This document shows positions 1 to 8,892 of a DNA stretch of 64,000 bases, in pieces. How positions within the stretch are numbered: position 1 is the first letter of the stretch; each line of letters begins with the position of its first letter. Source of the DNA: Patescibacteria group bacterium. Lineage in GTDB: Bacteria; Patescibacteriota; Patescibacteriia; JAXHNJ01. The notes under the pieces were generated by a model that ran no database searches, had not been told where the DNA came from, and saw only the letters and a list, made by a program, of their open reading frames with translations. The position numbers and the translations under genes are program-made. Location: positions 544,660 through 608,659 of the forward strand of contig JAXHNJ010000002.1 of the NCBI GenBank assembly GCA_034520665.1, written 5' to 3'.

Positions 1-548
1 GCCACATTAAGCTGATTTAGAGCGGCTAAAATAGCAAAAATTAAAATCGCCCATTTAGCTATTCGGCCTAAAAATTCAGAAGAAGCCACTTTTACGGCTC
101 GGGTAGTCTTTCGAATCAGATTTTCGACAAAGTTACTAATTAATATTCCGATGACTAAGATGGCAACAGCGACAATCACATTTGGCAAGTAGAAAACTAT
201 ATTTCTTAAAAAATCAGAAATTTGAGTTAAGCCAAGCATCTCCACAGAAACCGTAATAAAGACAATTATAATAACCCAGTAGATTACAGAGGCTAACAAA
301 GAAACAATACTAAAACTATGCCCCGCCTTTTCAAACATTGAAGTAATTCTAAATTTATCAAACAATTCCTTAAGTTTGAAAAACTTTAAAATCTTTTCGG
401 TAATTTTATGAAATAATGCGGCTACTAAAAAACCAAGAGCTAGAATAAGCAAAGCACCGATAAGATTTGGCAGAAAAGCAATTAACCCTTCCCACATTTC
501 GTTAAAAGTGTTGTTTAAAGCTTCCCCGGTTGTATTTATAAAATCCAT
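1..548 (-). CDS. Multi-TM membrane protein, CmpX/MscS-type TM-helix repeat family (runs off the window edge)
   Basis: Hand-translated MDLINTTGEALNNTFNEMWEGLIAFLPNLIGALLILALG...FYLPNVIVAVAILVIG; repeated LPNxxxA TM motif; strong SD GAAAGGAGGTGAT upstream. Not in the ORF track. Confidence 0.8.
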   Translation of the reverse strand, partial: MDFINTTGEALNNTFNEMWEGLIAFLPNLIGALLILALGFLVAALFHKITEKILKFFKLKELFDKFRITSMFEKAGHSFSIVSLLASVIYWVIIIVFITVSVEMLGLTQISDFLRNIVFYLPNVIVAVAILVIGILISNFVENLIRKTTRAVKVASSEFLGRIAKWAILIFAILAALNQLNV

Positions 549-681
549 TTATATCACCTCCTTTCTCTAATCTATTCTTATTATACAGTATTTTTTAATA
601 AATATCTAATTTATAATCAAAGAAAATGTGTGATGAAAAGTAAATACTATAATGGCTGTGTATTACTGAAGAGATTAGAAC

Positions 682-785
682 TTCTGGGCTGCATTTATCT
701 TTGGAAGATATCGGAGTTGTCATCCGATCACTCACTATGTGGCCCCTTTGGGCCGGTTGAATACCTAAAAGGTAAAACCTGAGAA
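682..785 (-). ncRNA. Candidate structured RNA just downstream of tRNA-Ala
   Basis: GC-rich ~105 nt with four hairpins (697-709, 710-728, 741-754, 762-774) and a possible closing stem; family not recognised. Confidence 0.3.
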
Positions 786-807
786 TTTATAAGAAAATAA
801 TAAGATA

Positions 808-881
808 TGGTGGAGATGCGGGGAATTGAACCCCGAACTGGTCAATGCGAATGACCTATTATACCGTTTAACTACATCCCC
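808..881 (-). tRNA. tRNA-Ala(CGC)
   Basis: Cloverleaf GGGGATG...CATCTCC-A-CCA; G3:U70 pair; anticodon arm GGTCA-TTCGCAT-TGACC; T-loop TTCAATT. Confidence 0.95.
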
Positions 882-890
882 AACAAGCCG

Positions 891-977
891 AGGCGGGCCG
901 GTCTACCAATTGAGTTAATGGGCCTACTCCGGCAGGCGGCTGCGAATAACCTATTACACCGTTTAACTACATCTCCA
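891..977 (-). pseudogene. tRNA 5' fragments upstream of tRNA-Ala
   Basis: 941-977 matches 846-882 at 34/37; 891-924 reads GGCCCATTAACTCAATTGGTAGA (acceptor plus D-arm like). Confidence 0.8.
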
Positions 978-1044
978 GCAAGGTAAGGCGATCAGTATTA
1001 CCTACCAGTCTGTTGTAGTTAGCTAAAGCAAAAAAATTCTGCTG

Positions 1045-1575
1045 CTATTTGTAAATATAGGTCCAACCAGGCTGCCATTGCCAAGGAGCAGTAATAGCTT
1101 TATTTAAGGGAATTTTATTGATTATATGCTCAAGAGCGTATTGCGTAGCCCGGTGTCCGATTATCATGATTGTTTGGTTATGATAATTCTTTTCAATTTC
1201 TGTTAAGAATTTTACCATATTTTTAGAAGTTTCTTGGTATGATTGTCCCTTAGGAAAAGGGTTATCAATGTATTTTGGCTTCTCTTTAATTATTTCAGAT
1301 GTCTGCCTATGAGTTAATTCTCCATAGTCTATTTCTCTTAATCTTTTATCTTTAATAATATCTATCTTATTCGCAAAGGCAATTTTAGCCGTATAATAAG
1401 CTCTTTTTAGATCAGAAGTAAAAACAGCCTTAGGGCAATTATTCTTATATCTTACTCCTAATTCCTTAGCTTGTTTTAGACCTAATTTAGATAATTCTAC
1501 ATCATTCCAGCCTGAAGCCAATTCTTTTTCATTATCCTTTGTTGTTGAATGGGCTTCAAAAATTATTTTCATCAT
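1045..1575 (-). CDS. Histidine phosphatase / phosphoglycerate mutase family protein
   Basis: EAHSTT (RHG-equivalent), GWNDVELS, TSDLKRA, LREIDYG, IGHRA motifs. Confidence 0.85.
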   Translation of the reverse strand: MMKIIFEAHSTTKDNEKELASGWNDVELSKLGLKQAKELGVRYKNNCPKAVFTSDLKRAYYTAKIAFANKIDIIKDKRLREIDYGELTHRQTSEIIKEKPKYIDNPFPKGQSYQETSKNMVKFLTEIEKNYHNQTIMIIGHRATQYALEHIINKIPLNKAITAPWQWQPGWTYIYK

Positions 1576-1602
1576 AATGCTTTATGTTCTTATTATTAAT
1601 AT

Positions 1603-1742
1603 TGGCCCTTGAGAGGAATCTCCGCCAGAGATTTAGGCGCCAGCCAGAGGCTGGTCTCCACCAGAGGACGGATGAGCCTCTGGCTCAAGCCTTTGGCTGA
1701 GATGCGCCTTAGGCGCAGAACCTACATCTAGGGCTTAGAAGT
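1603..1742 (-). pseudogene. tRNA-Arg 3'-half copy interrupted in the T-loop by a 97-bp nested hairpin insertion
   Basis: 1605-1620 plus 1718-1742 align to 1760-1800 (35/41); insertion at 1621-1717. Confidence 0.85.
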
Positions 1743-1758
1743 TTCCTGCCATCGCCTA

Positions 1759-1830
1759 TGCCCTCGAGAGGAATTGAACCTCTATCTAAGGCTTAGGAGT
1801 CCTTTGTTCTATCCGTTGAACTACGAGGGC
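1759..1830 (-). tRNA. tRNA-Arg(CCT)
   Basis: GCCCTCG...CGAGGGC-A cloverleaf; anticodon loop CTCCTAA; CCA not encoded. Confidence 0.93.
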
Positions 1831-1907
1831 TTGGGCGATGGCGGAATAATCTATTGCTTATTCACCGGAATTTTAAGAGAAGGCGTGTTGGAAAACTACT
1901 TTATTAT

Positions 1908-1961
1908 TTGAATCCCGATTTTGCCAAGGGCAAACATCGGGACTACGAGGGCTTGGGCGAT
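1908..1961 (-). pseudogene. tRNA-Arg 5'-end copy interrupted by a 30-bp hairpin
   Basis: Removing 1913-1942 (TCCCGAT...ATCGGGA) leaves 24/24 identity to 1816-1839. Confidence 0.85.
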
Positions 1962-2058
1962 AGCAAGCCGGTATCAATTTTATAATTAGTAAAATTAGAG
2001 TTAATTTCTACTATTTTATTTCATATTTATAGCTAAAATTAGCCTTAAAATAGAGAAA

Positions 2059-2074
2059 TGTTCCACGTGGAACA
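2059..2074. promoter_or_regulatory. parS centromere-like site
   Basis: Perfect palindrome TGTTCCACGTGGAACA matching the ParB/Spo0J parS consensus. Confidence 0.85.
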
Positions 2075-2406
2075 TTTTTTGTTCAAAATATATGATTTTT
2101 CTATATTTAAATAATTTTAGGCTAATTTTATTATAAAAATAGTGTCGTAAAATATTTTAAGTTAACTGGAAACAAATAAGTTATATATATTTGATGATAA
2201 TTCAGTAATATGATTTGTCTTCAAATTATAAAAGTACAAGCCAAGATAGATAGCAATAAATATTAAAGCTAAGATGATTACTTTGGTAATTTCTTTTTTG
2301 TTATTCATAATCTTAGATTACGCTATATTTAGATTTTTCGCAAATATAAAACTTGACAAAAAGCCATTTTTAGTATATAATTAGTATATAACTAAGATAT
2401 AAAGGG

Positions 2407-5400
2407 ATGGAAACTTTGTTTTTAAAAACGTCTAAAAGATCACAAAGAAAAAAAGAGGGCCTTAATAGTAAAGGTCTATTAAGGTTTTTAAATTGTATAC
2501 CAGTATATTTTATGGAATTTTTTTGTGGGTTAAGATATTTACCGCATTTTATAAAATCTAAACCCTATTCTGGTTATCAAAAATTAACCGAACAGGATGA
2601 AAATGGCACTTATAAAATTCCTTATACCACTTATTTAAAATACAAAAAATACTCTCTATTCACAACCACTGTATTATTGGTTTTACTGGGTTTATTTTCT
2701 GGTTTATTTATTTTTACGATTACGCCAAATAAAATAGAAGCTGCTGGTGGTGATCCTCTACCTGGAGAATGTGAAGCACCATATTCTACTCAGTTATCCG
2801 AACCTAGTTCAAATTTAAATATTTGTGTTGGTGATACTTTTTTTATGAATGGAAAATGGTATGATAGTGAACCCACAAATGATCCTTGCAGCGCTAAACA
2901 ATTTAGTGCTTATGTTGATAGTGATATAATTGATACAAACACTTCATTAAGCACTACCTCAACATTTAGTGAATTGGTAGAAGAAAATGATGCTTTTGGT
3001 AAAACTGTAACTGCTGAAACAAAAGGCTCATATTCCATTAAATTTGCCATGGCTGAAGATGATTCTCCTAGTAAAACAATTACTGTTAGCGACTCTCCCT
3101 CTTATTCCCAATCTCTCTCTCACTCGGACAATTCTACTTCTTCTATCACCTGGTCCTGGTCAGATGATGAAGATGAAGATAATTACCGCGTTATGGACAC
3201 TGGAGACGCTAACCAGTCCGGAGACCTGGCCGCCGATACTACCTCTTGGCAAGAAACCTCTTTGTCAGCCAACACTCAATACACCCGCTACCTGCAATTA
3301 GTTAATGGCTGTGGCACTACTAATACGGCCAATTTAAGTACCTACACTTCTATTGAATCACCATCCGGTATTTCTTTTGATACAGTAGAAAAAAACACCA
3401 TCACGGTTTCTGGTGCCGGTACGCTTTCAAATTTAGCTTCTGACTCTTCCGGCATAAAATTTTCTGAAATAGTAACCAGTAGTGATTCCGGTTGGAAGCA
3501 AACCAATTCCTGGGAAAAAACTGGTCTCAGTGCTAACACCGAATACACCTTTGAGGCCCAGACCAGAAATGGCGATGGTGATGAAAACTCAAGTATTGCC
3601 GGAGAAAGTAAATATACTTTAGCGGCCGAGGCTAATATCTCTAGTGATCTGACCGAAGAGGCCTGGACTAATTCAACTAGCTTTACTTTTACTAACGAGG
3701 CTGGCTTTGGCTCGGGTGGTTTAGAATACTACCGTTATGTTTTTGACCAAAACGATTCCCATTCTTTTAATGACACCGAAACCCAGTGGTCCTCTGGCAC
3801 CAAAGAAGAAACTGATCCTTCGGAAGGTAATTGGTACATGCATGTTAAAGCCTATAACGCTGAAGACACAGCGGCTGCTTCTGGAGCTACTCAAACTCTC
3901 GGTCCCTTTAAGGTAGATATTACTGACCCAGCCATTACTAATAATGTTACTGGCGACACAGCCTGGCTTAATGCAGCGGGCACGGCTTATGATGTGGACT
4001 TTATGTCTAATGGCGGCTCTAACTTAGATTATGCTCAATACGCTGTCGGTACTACTCAAGGCGGCAGTGATGTTTTAGGCTGGACTAATATTTTTACCGA
4101 AGACACGGCTTCTTACACCAACTCTTGGCCGGTGGACTTTGACAGTTTAGCTGAAGGCACTAATTACGTTTCTTTTAGGACCTATGATCAGGCGGGAAAT
4201 GTGAAAGAAGAACTATCAAATGGTTTTCAAGTCAGAAAAGACACTATTGTGCCAGTGCCTGATGTGGAGACACCAGTTACTACTTCATCAGCAGCCATTA
4301 TTAGCTGGACTACTTCCGAGCCGACCACTACTCAACTAAATTGGGGCGCGGATGAAAATACTACAAATTCTACCACTGAAAGTGAGGAAAAATCCACTGA
4401 ACACACTGTTACCTTAGATAGCTTAAGTGATAATACTGAATATTTCTTTAAAGTAGCCGGACAGGATAAGGCTTCTAACCAAACACTTCATACGGCTGAG
4501 AGTTTTACTACCGCTGAACTAGAAGCCACTGTCATCACCAATGTTCAAGTCTCTGAAATTTCTCAGACCTCAGTTAAAGTCACTTGGACTACCAATCATG
4601 AAGCTGACTCCAAAGTGCGTTATGGTACTACCACTGCTTATGGTGATGAGGTTTATGATTCTGAAGAAGTAACCAGCCATGAAATGATCGTCACTGGTTT
4701 AACCGCTGGCACCACTTATCATTATGAGGTTTTAAGTGTCGGCAATACTTCAACCAATGACGCTGACGCTACTTTTATGACTGAAGAAGCGGAAGAACCA
4801 GCCGAAGAAGATGAAACTGAACAAGAGGAAGTTACTGAAGAAGCGGAAGAACCAGCCGAAGAAGAAACTACTCAAACTTATGTGGCTTCTCCGACAGTAG
4901 TCAAAAACGAAACTAACCCCATAGAAGAAGGAGTCACCATTAACGAAGTCAAACCAACTATTACTGGCCTGGCTCGTTCTAACAACACTATTTTCATTTT
5001 TATTGACGGCGAACTGGAGAATACGGTTCTTTCGACGGACGATCTTTCAGGAACCGGATCCTTTGCTTATAAATTAAGAAGAGTTTTACCTGAAGGTGAA
5101 CACACTTTATATACTATTTCTCGCGATCAGAGTGGTAATTATTCTGATGCTTCACCAGTTATTACCTTTAATGTTGACCATCCCTTTGTGGCGCCCACTC
5201 TTTACACCCCAGTTTTTACAGATGGCTCTAACCCCACGGTTATTGTTAACGGCGTAGCCAGAAATGATTCCTTGATTAAACTCTACATAGACGATGAATA
5301 CCAGGATCAATTTAACGTGACCAATAATCCGGACCATGAAAATACTTATTTCAGCTACCAATATCCCATTAGTAGTTTAGCCAGTGGCTCTCATACCATT

Positions 5401-5682
5401 AAAGTCAAAGCCTTTAGTTCTTCTGGTGAAGCTTCTAAATATTCCAACGCCTACACTTTCCAAAAAAGCCAAGGCCAGGTAGTCAATGAAGACCAGTTTA
5501 TCTTTGACACCAGTCTTTCCTACAAAGTAATAGATGGTGATTCTTTATGGAAAATAGCCACAAGATTTTATGGGGACGGTTCCCAGTACTCAAAAATAGT
5601 AGAAGCTAACAAAGAAACTTATCCCAGCTTGATTAATAATCCTGGTGGTATTCAGCCGGGTTGGGTTTTGAGTATTCCTTAA
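2407..5682 (+). CDS. Large membrane-anchored surface protein with FN3/Ig-like repeats and C-terminal LysM domain
   Basis: N-terminal TM; FN3 motifs (VTWTTNHEADSKVRYG, GLTAGTTYHY); LysM YKVIDGDSLWKIATRFYG...IQPGWVLSIP; sigma70-like promoter TTGACA-17-TATAAT at 2353-2381. Confidence 0.85.
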   Translation: METLFLKTSKRSQRKKEGLNSKGLLRFLNCIPVYFMEFFCGLRYLPHFIKSKPYSGYQKLTEQDENGTYKIPYTTYLKYKKYSLFTTTVLLVLLGLFSGLFIFTITPNKIEAAGGDPLPGECEAPYSTQLSEPSSNLNICVGDTFFMNGKWYDSEPTNDPCSAKQFSAYVDSDIIDTNTSLSTTSTFSELVEENDAFGKTVTAETKGSYSIKFAMAEDDSPSKTITVSDSPSYSQSLSHSDNSTSSITWSWSDDEDEDNYRVMDTGDANQSGDLAADTTSWQETSLSANTQYTRYLQLVNGCGTTNTANLSTYTSIESPSGISFDTVEKNTITVSGAGTLSNLASDSSGIKFSEIVTSSDSGWKQTNSWEKTGLSANTEYTFEAQTRNGDGDENSSIAGESKYTLAAEANISSDLTEEAWTNSTSFTFTNEAGFGSGGLEYYRYVFDQNDSHSFNDTETQWSSGTKEETDPSEGNWYMHVKAYNAEDTAAASGATQTLGPFKVDITDPAITNNVTGDTAWLNAAGTAYDVDFMSNGGSNLDYAQYAVGTTQGGSDVLGWTNIFTEDTASYTNSWPVDFDSLAEGTNYVSFRTYDQAGNVKEELSNGFQVRKDTIVPVPDVETPVTTSSAAIISWTTSEPTTTQLNWGADENTTNSTTESEEKSTEHTVTLDSLSDNTEYFFKVAGQDKASNQTLHTAESFTTAELEATVITNVQVSEISQTSVKVTWTTNHEADSKVRYGTTTAYGDEVYDSEEVTSHEMIVTGLTAGTTYHYEVLSVGNTSTNDADATFMTEEAEEPAEEDETEQEEVTEEAEEPAEEETTQTYVASPTVVKNETNPIEEGVTINEVKPTITGLARSNNTIFIFIDGELENTVLSTDDLSGTGSFAYKLRRVLPEGEHTLYTISRDQSGNYSDASPVITFNVDHPFVAPTLYTPVFTDGSNPTVIVNGVARNDSLIKLYIDDEYQDQFNVTNNPDHENTYFSYQYPISSLASGSHTIKVKAFSSSGEASKYSNAYTFQKSQGQVVNEDQFIFDTSLSYKVIDGDSLWKIATRFYGDGSQYSKIVEANKETYPSLINNPGGIQPGWVLSIP
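4780..4865 (+). repeat. 32-bp intragenic direct repeat in an acidic linker (TEEAEEPAEE x2)
   Basis: 4780-4811 = 4834-4865. Confidence 0.85.
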
Positions 5683-5740
5683 TCATTTTTTTTATATCCA
5701 TCTCTTAGGATAGGGTTTGTCTACGTAAAAATAAAAAAAG

Positions 5741-5770
5741 ACCCAGCCCGTATAATAATGGGCTGGGTTT
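5741..5770. terminator. Bidirectional intrinsic terminator
   Basis: ACCCAGCCCG-loop-TGGGCTGGGT hairpin with A-run before and T-run after, between convergent genes. Confidence 0.75.
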
Positions 5771-5798
5771 GAATTTGAAAATAAATGTACTAAATGTA

Positions 5799-6458
5799 CT
5801 AGTGGTAAATGGACTTTACCGCTCCCCAGGAGGATTCTTGGACATTAATTTCTGCTTGAGCTGTTATCTCAAGCTTAAATATGTCTATGGAATCAGGTCC
5901 GCTGAGTACTCTTAGATAATACTCGGATTCCGGACTAAGCCCGGCAGCTGTAAGATCAATATAATAAGGCTGCTCTGAGTTCCAACTGTAAGAACAATAA
6001 GAACAAATTTCAATAGTGAAAATTTTTGTCCAAGGACCTGAAACACTGCTTGAAACAAAAATTTCTACGCTATCTCCGCCACAGCAGGCTTGAGCATATT
6101 GCAAAGAAATTTTACCGGATGAGGGAACTTTTAATTTCCAGGCATAGTCAAAATCTGAATATCCATTGCCGTTATCGTCGCCGTCATCACAACCACAACG
6201 AGAAATTCCATGTACCCAGTAAAATTCAGTCTCCTCACATTCGGGCTGTCTGATCCATTTTGGCTTTCCGGATTTTAAGAGATCTTTTTCAGAATCAAGG
6301 TGAATCTTTATATCTGAAAAATTTGAAGAAGGGGGGGCGGCGTCTTGAATATAGTGTTCAGTTCTTATAAGAACACTTTCCGGAGCTTGGGCTTTAACAG
6401 CTGAAAACCAGGAAAAACCAAGCAGCAAAATAACAAAAGCTAATAACAGCTTTCTCAT
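5799..6458 (-). CDS. Secreted hypothetical protein with C-terminal SWGxxKxxY motif
   Basis: Signal peptide (AVKA/Q), SD AGGAGG, ends VQESSWGAVKSIYH. Confidence 0.75.
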   Translation of the reverse strand: MRKLLLAFVILLLGFSWFSAVKAQAPESVLIRTEHYIQDAAPPSSNFSDIKIHLDSEKDLLKSGKPKWIRQPECEETEFYWVHGISRCGCDDGDDNGNGYSDFDYAWKLKVPSSGKISLQYAQACCGGDSVEIFVSSSVSGPWTKIFTIEICSYCSYSWNSEQPYYIDLTAAGLSPESEYYLRVLSGPDSIDIFKLEITAQAEINVQESSWGAVKSIYH

Positions 6459-6623
6459 GATTAAAACCTCCTTTTAGGTTTTTAAGGGTTTTTAATGAAC
6501 AAATAATTTATTCGGCGAGAGTCCTTTATTATTATATTTAATAATAAATTTGTCAAATAGACGTTGACAATTAAAGCTATTTTTTTTACAATTAGTAGAG
6601 CCTAATAATTATTATAAAAAAAT

Positions 6624-7049
6624 ATGAGTATGTTTAATAAAGAAGAACAAGAGTTTTCACCTAAGGGTGAAGAAACAGTTATCGGACCTTCGGTTAAAGT
6701 AGAGGGTAATTTTGACAGTCAGGGTGATATTATTGTAGAAGGCCATGTCTCCGGCACTATTAAAACAGCCGGTAATTTGAGAGTCGGTCAAAATGCCAAG
6801 ATCAAGGCTGATGTAGAAGCTTCTAATGTTAATAACGCCGGCGAGATTAGAGGTAATGTTAAATCTAGTGAAAAATTAAGTTTGTCCTCAAGCGCTAGAG
6901 TTATTGGTAATGTGGAAACAGGAGTTTTGTCAGTAGAAGAAGGAGCGGTTTTAAACGGTAAATGCAAAATGATTAAAAAGGAGGAAAGAGAAACTTTAAA
7001 AGAAGATGATGAAAACAAGAAAGAAGAGAAAAAGAGAAGTAAAAAATAA
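6624..7049 (+). CDS. Bactofilin (polymer-forming cytoskeletal protein, CcmA family)
   Basis: ETVIGPSVKVEGNFDSQGDIIVEGHVSG...VEEGAVLNGKCKM beta-helix repeats. Confidence 0.92.
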   Translation: MSMFNKEEQEFSPKGEETVIGPSVKVEGNFDSQGDIIVEGHVSGTIKTAGNLRVGQNAKIKADVEASNVNNAGEIRGNVKSSEKLSLSSSARVIGNVETGVLSVEEGAVLNGKCKMIKKEERETLKEDDENKKEEKKRSKK

Positions 7050-7069
7050 GCTTTAATTTGAACTGACAG

Positions 7070-7825
7070 ATGTATTTTTATATATACGATTCTTTTTTGT
7101 CTGATAAAAAATATGAAAGCACACTAGCCAAAGTGGAAGCTCGTCTTTTAGAGTTAGATATAAATGGCAAAATTGAAAAATTGACTATTTTAAAGAATTT
7201 AAAAGAAATGGTAGAAGAGGCCCTGAAAAAAGGTGCTAAGACTTTGGTGGTAGTTGGCGATGACACAACCTTAAGCAAAGTTATTAGCTATGTAGCTCCT
7301 TATAAAAAGGCCACTTTAGGCTATATTCCCATTGGCCCGGAAAAAAAGATAGCTGATCTTTTAGGTATTCCTTCAGGTATAGAAGCTTGTGACATTCTTT
7401 CTAAAAGAATTATGCATCGCTTTGATTTAGGTAAAGTCAATAAAAAGTATTTTCTTTTTAATTTAGATATTGCTAAAAAGAAAAATGTTAAAATAGAATG
7501 CGATGGAGATTATACCATAGAAGCGATTGCTCCAGATTCTAGTTTAAAAATATGTAATCTTGGTTTACTGGATGAAGAAACCTATTTTAATCCCGGGGAT
7601 GGCCTTTTGGAAGCAGTGGTTTTAAATAAAAAATCCGGCTGGAATATTTTTAAAAGTGGTTTTGAGCAAGACAGTGTTTTTCCCATTAAAAAGGCAAAGA
7701 TAAAGTGTAATACGGAATGTGTTTCTTTAGTAGCTGACGGCGAAACTATTATTAAAACTCCGGCCACAGTCAGCGTAGTCCCTAAAAGATTGAGTATTAT
7801 TGTCGGCCGCGAGAGAAAATTTTAA
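7070..7825 (+). CDS. Diacylglycerol kinase family protein
   Basis: VVVGDDTT (GGDGT-like), LGYIPIG, DLGKVN, ADGE motifs. Confidence 0.75.
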   Translation: MYFYIYDSFLSDKKYESTLAKVEARLLELDINGKIEKLTILKNLKEMVEEALKKGAKTLVVVGDDTTLSKVISYVAPYKKATLGYIPIGPEKKIADLLGIPSGIEACDILSKRIMHRFDLGKVNKKYFLFNLDIAKKKNVKIECDGDYTIEAIAPDSSLKICNLGLLDEETYFNPGDGLLEAVVLNKKSGWNIFKSGFEQDSVFPIKKAKIKCNTECVSLVADGETIIKTPATVSVVPKRLSIIVGRERKF

Positions 7826-7849
7826 ATATATTAAATTATAAAAAATATT

Positions 7850-8470
7850 ATGTTGGAAAATATCACCTGGCTGGGTCAGTCAGGCTTTAAAATAATTACC
7901 AAGTCTGGCAAAACAATTTATATAGATCCCTGGAAGATTTCCGGTGACAGTTCTGAAGCTGACTATATTTTAATTACTCATGAACATTTTGATCATTGTT
8001 CTCCAGAAGATATTGCTAAAATTCGAAAAGAAAAAACAAAAATATTTTGTCCTCATGAATGTATTCAAAAAATAGGCGGACAGGCCAAAAGTGTTAAACC
8101 AGGAAAAGAAATTAAAGAAGAAGAAATTACTATTAAAACTGTGCCGGCTTATAATATTGATAAAGAATACCACCCCAAAGAAAATAATTGGGTCGGTTAT
8201 GTAATTGAAGCTGACGGTCAGAAAATGTATCATGCCGGAGACACTGATTTAATTCCGGAAATGGATGAATTAGAAAATATTGATATAGCTATGCTGCCAG
8301 TTTCCGGCACTTATGTGATGGATAGTCAAGAAGCAGCTCAGGCTATTGCAAGAATAAAGCCCAAAAAAATAATTCCCATGCATTACGGAGAGGTAGTGGG
8401 CAGTTCTGAAGACGCCAGAAAATTAAAAGAAAAATATCCCAAGCGGGTAGAGATTATGGAGAAGGAGTAA
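7850..8470 (+). CDS. MBL-fold metallo-hydrolase
   Basis: ITHEHFDH, YHAGDT, IPMHY motifs. Confidence 0.92.
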   Translation: MLENITWLGQSGFKIITKSGKTIYIDPWKISGDSSEADYILITHEHFDHCSPEDIAKIRKEKTKIFCPHECIQKIGGQAKSVKPGKEIKEEEITIKTVPAYNIDKEYHPKENNWVGYVIEADGQKMYHAGDTDLIPEMDELENIDIAMLPVSGTYVMDSQEAAQAIARIKPKKIIPMHYGEVVGSSEDARKLKEKYPKRVEIMEKE

Positions 8471-8519
8471 GAAGGGCTTTAAGGGTAACAAAGGTAAAAA
8501 GGATTTCAGGAATAATAAA

Positions 8520-8580
8520 AGCGCAGACTTTCCGCCTGCTTTACTTTGCACAAAGCAAGGCGGGGGGGCTAGTCTGCGCT
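8520..8580. repeat. REP-like hairpin with a nested hairpin insertion
   Basis: AGCGCAGACT...AGTCTGCGCT arms enclosing CCGCCTGC...AGGCGG. Confidence 0.6.
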
Positions 8581-8583
8581 AGC

Positions 8584-8815
8584 TTGACATTTTTGAGTAT
8601 AGATTATATATTAAGATGAAGTTATTTTAAAAATTAAGTAGTTTGTAAACTTTTGTGAGGCGTAAAAATATTGTTTAATCTTTTGGTCGCTATGTGGATT
8701 AAACAAGAAGAGCTTTATATTTTTGAAGCCACGCCAGAGAGCGAAACCGGCACAAAGAGAGGTGATTATAGATGAAAATTCCTTTTTTATGAGTCTCACA
8801 AATGAGGCTTTTTTT
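8584..8815 (+). promoter_or_regulatory. Promoter plus structured leader with mutually exclusive terminator/antiterminator
   Basis: TTGACA-17-TATATT; 8652-8661 pairs with 8793-8802, overlapping the terminator at 8792-8815. Confidence 0.5.
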
Positions 8816-8892
8816 ATCCGCCATAATTTATAAGTTAAGGTGGGTTTAGTTCTTTTCAAATAAATTAAGAGATCAAAAAAAGGAAGTATCCA

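Noticed and set aside
1621-1717. Self-splicing or canonical tRNA intron
   Set aside because: Too short, no group I/II core, located in the T-loop, and the host has no contiguous 5' half
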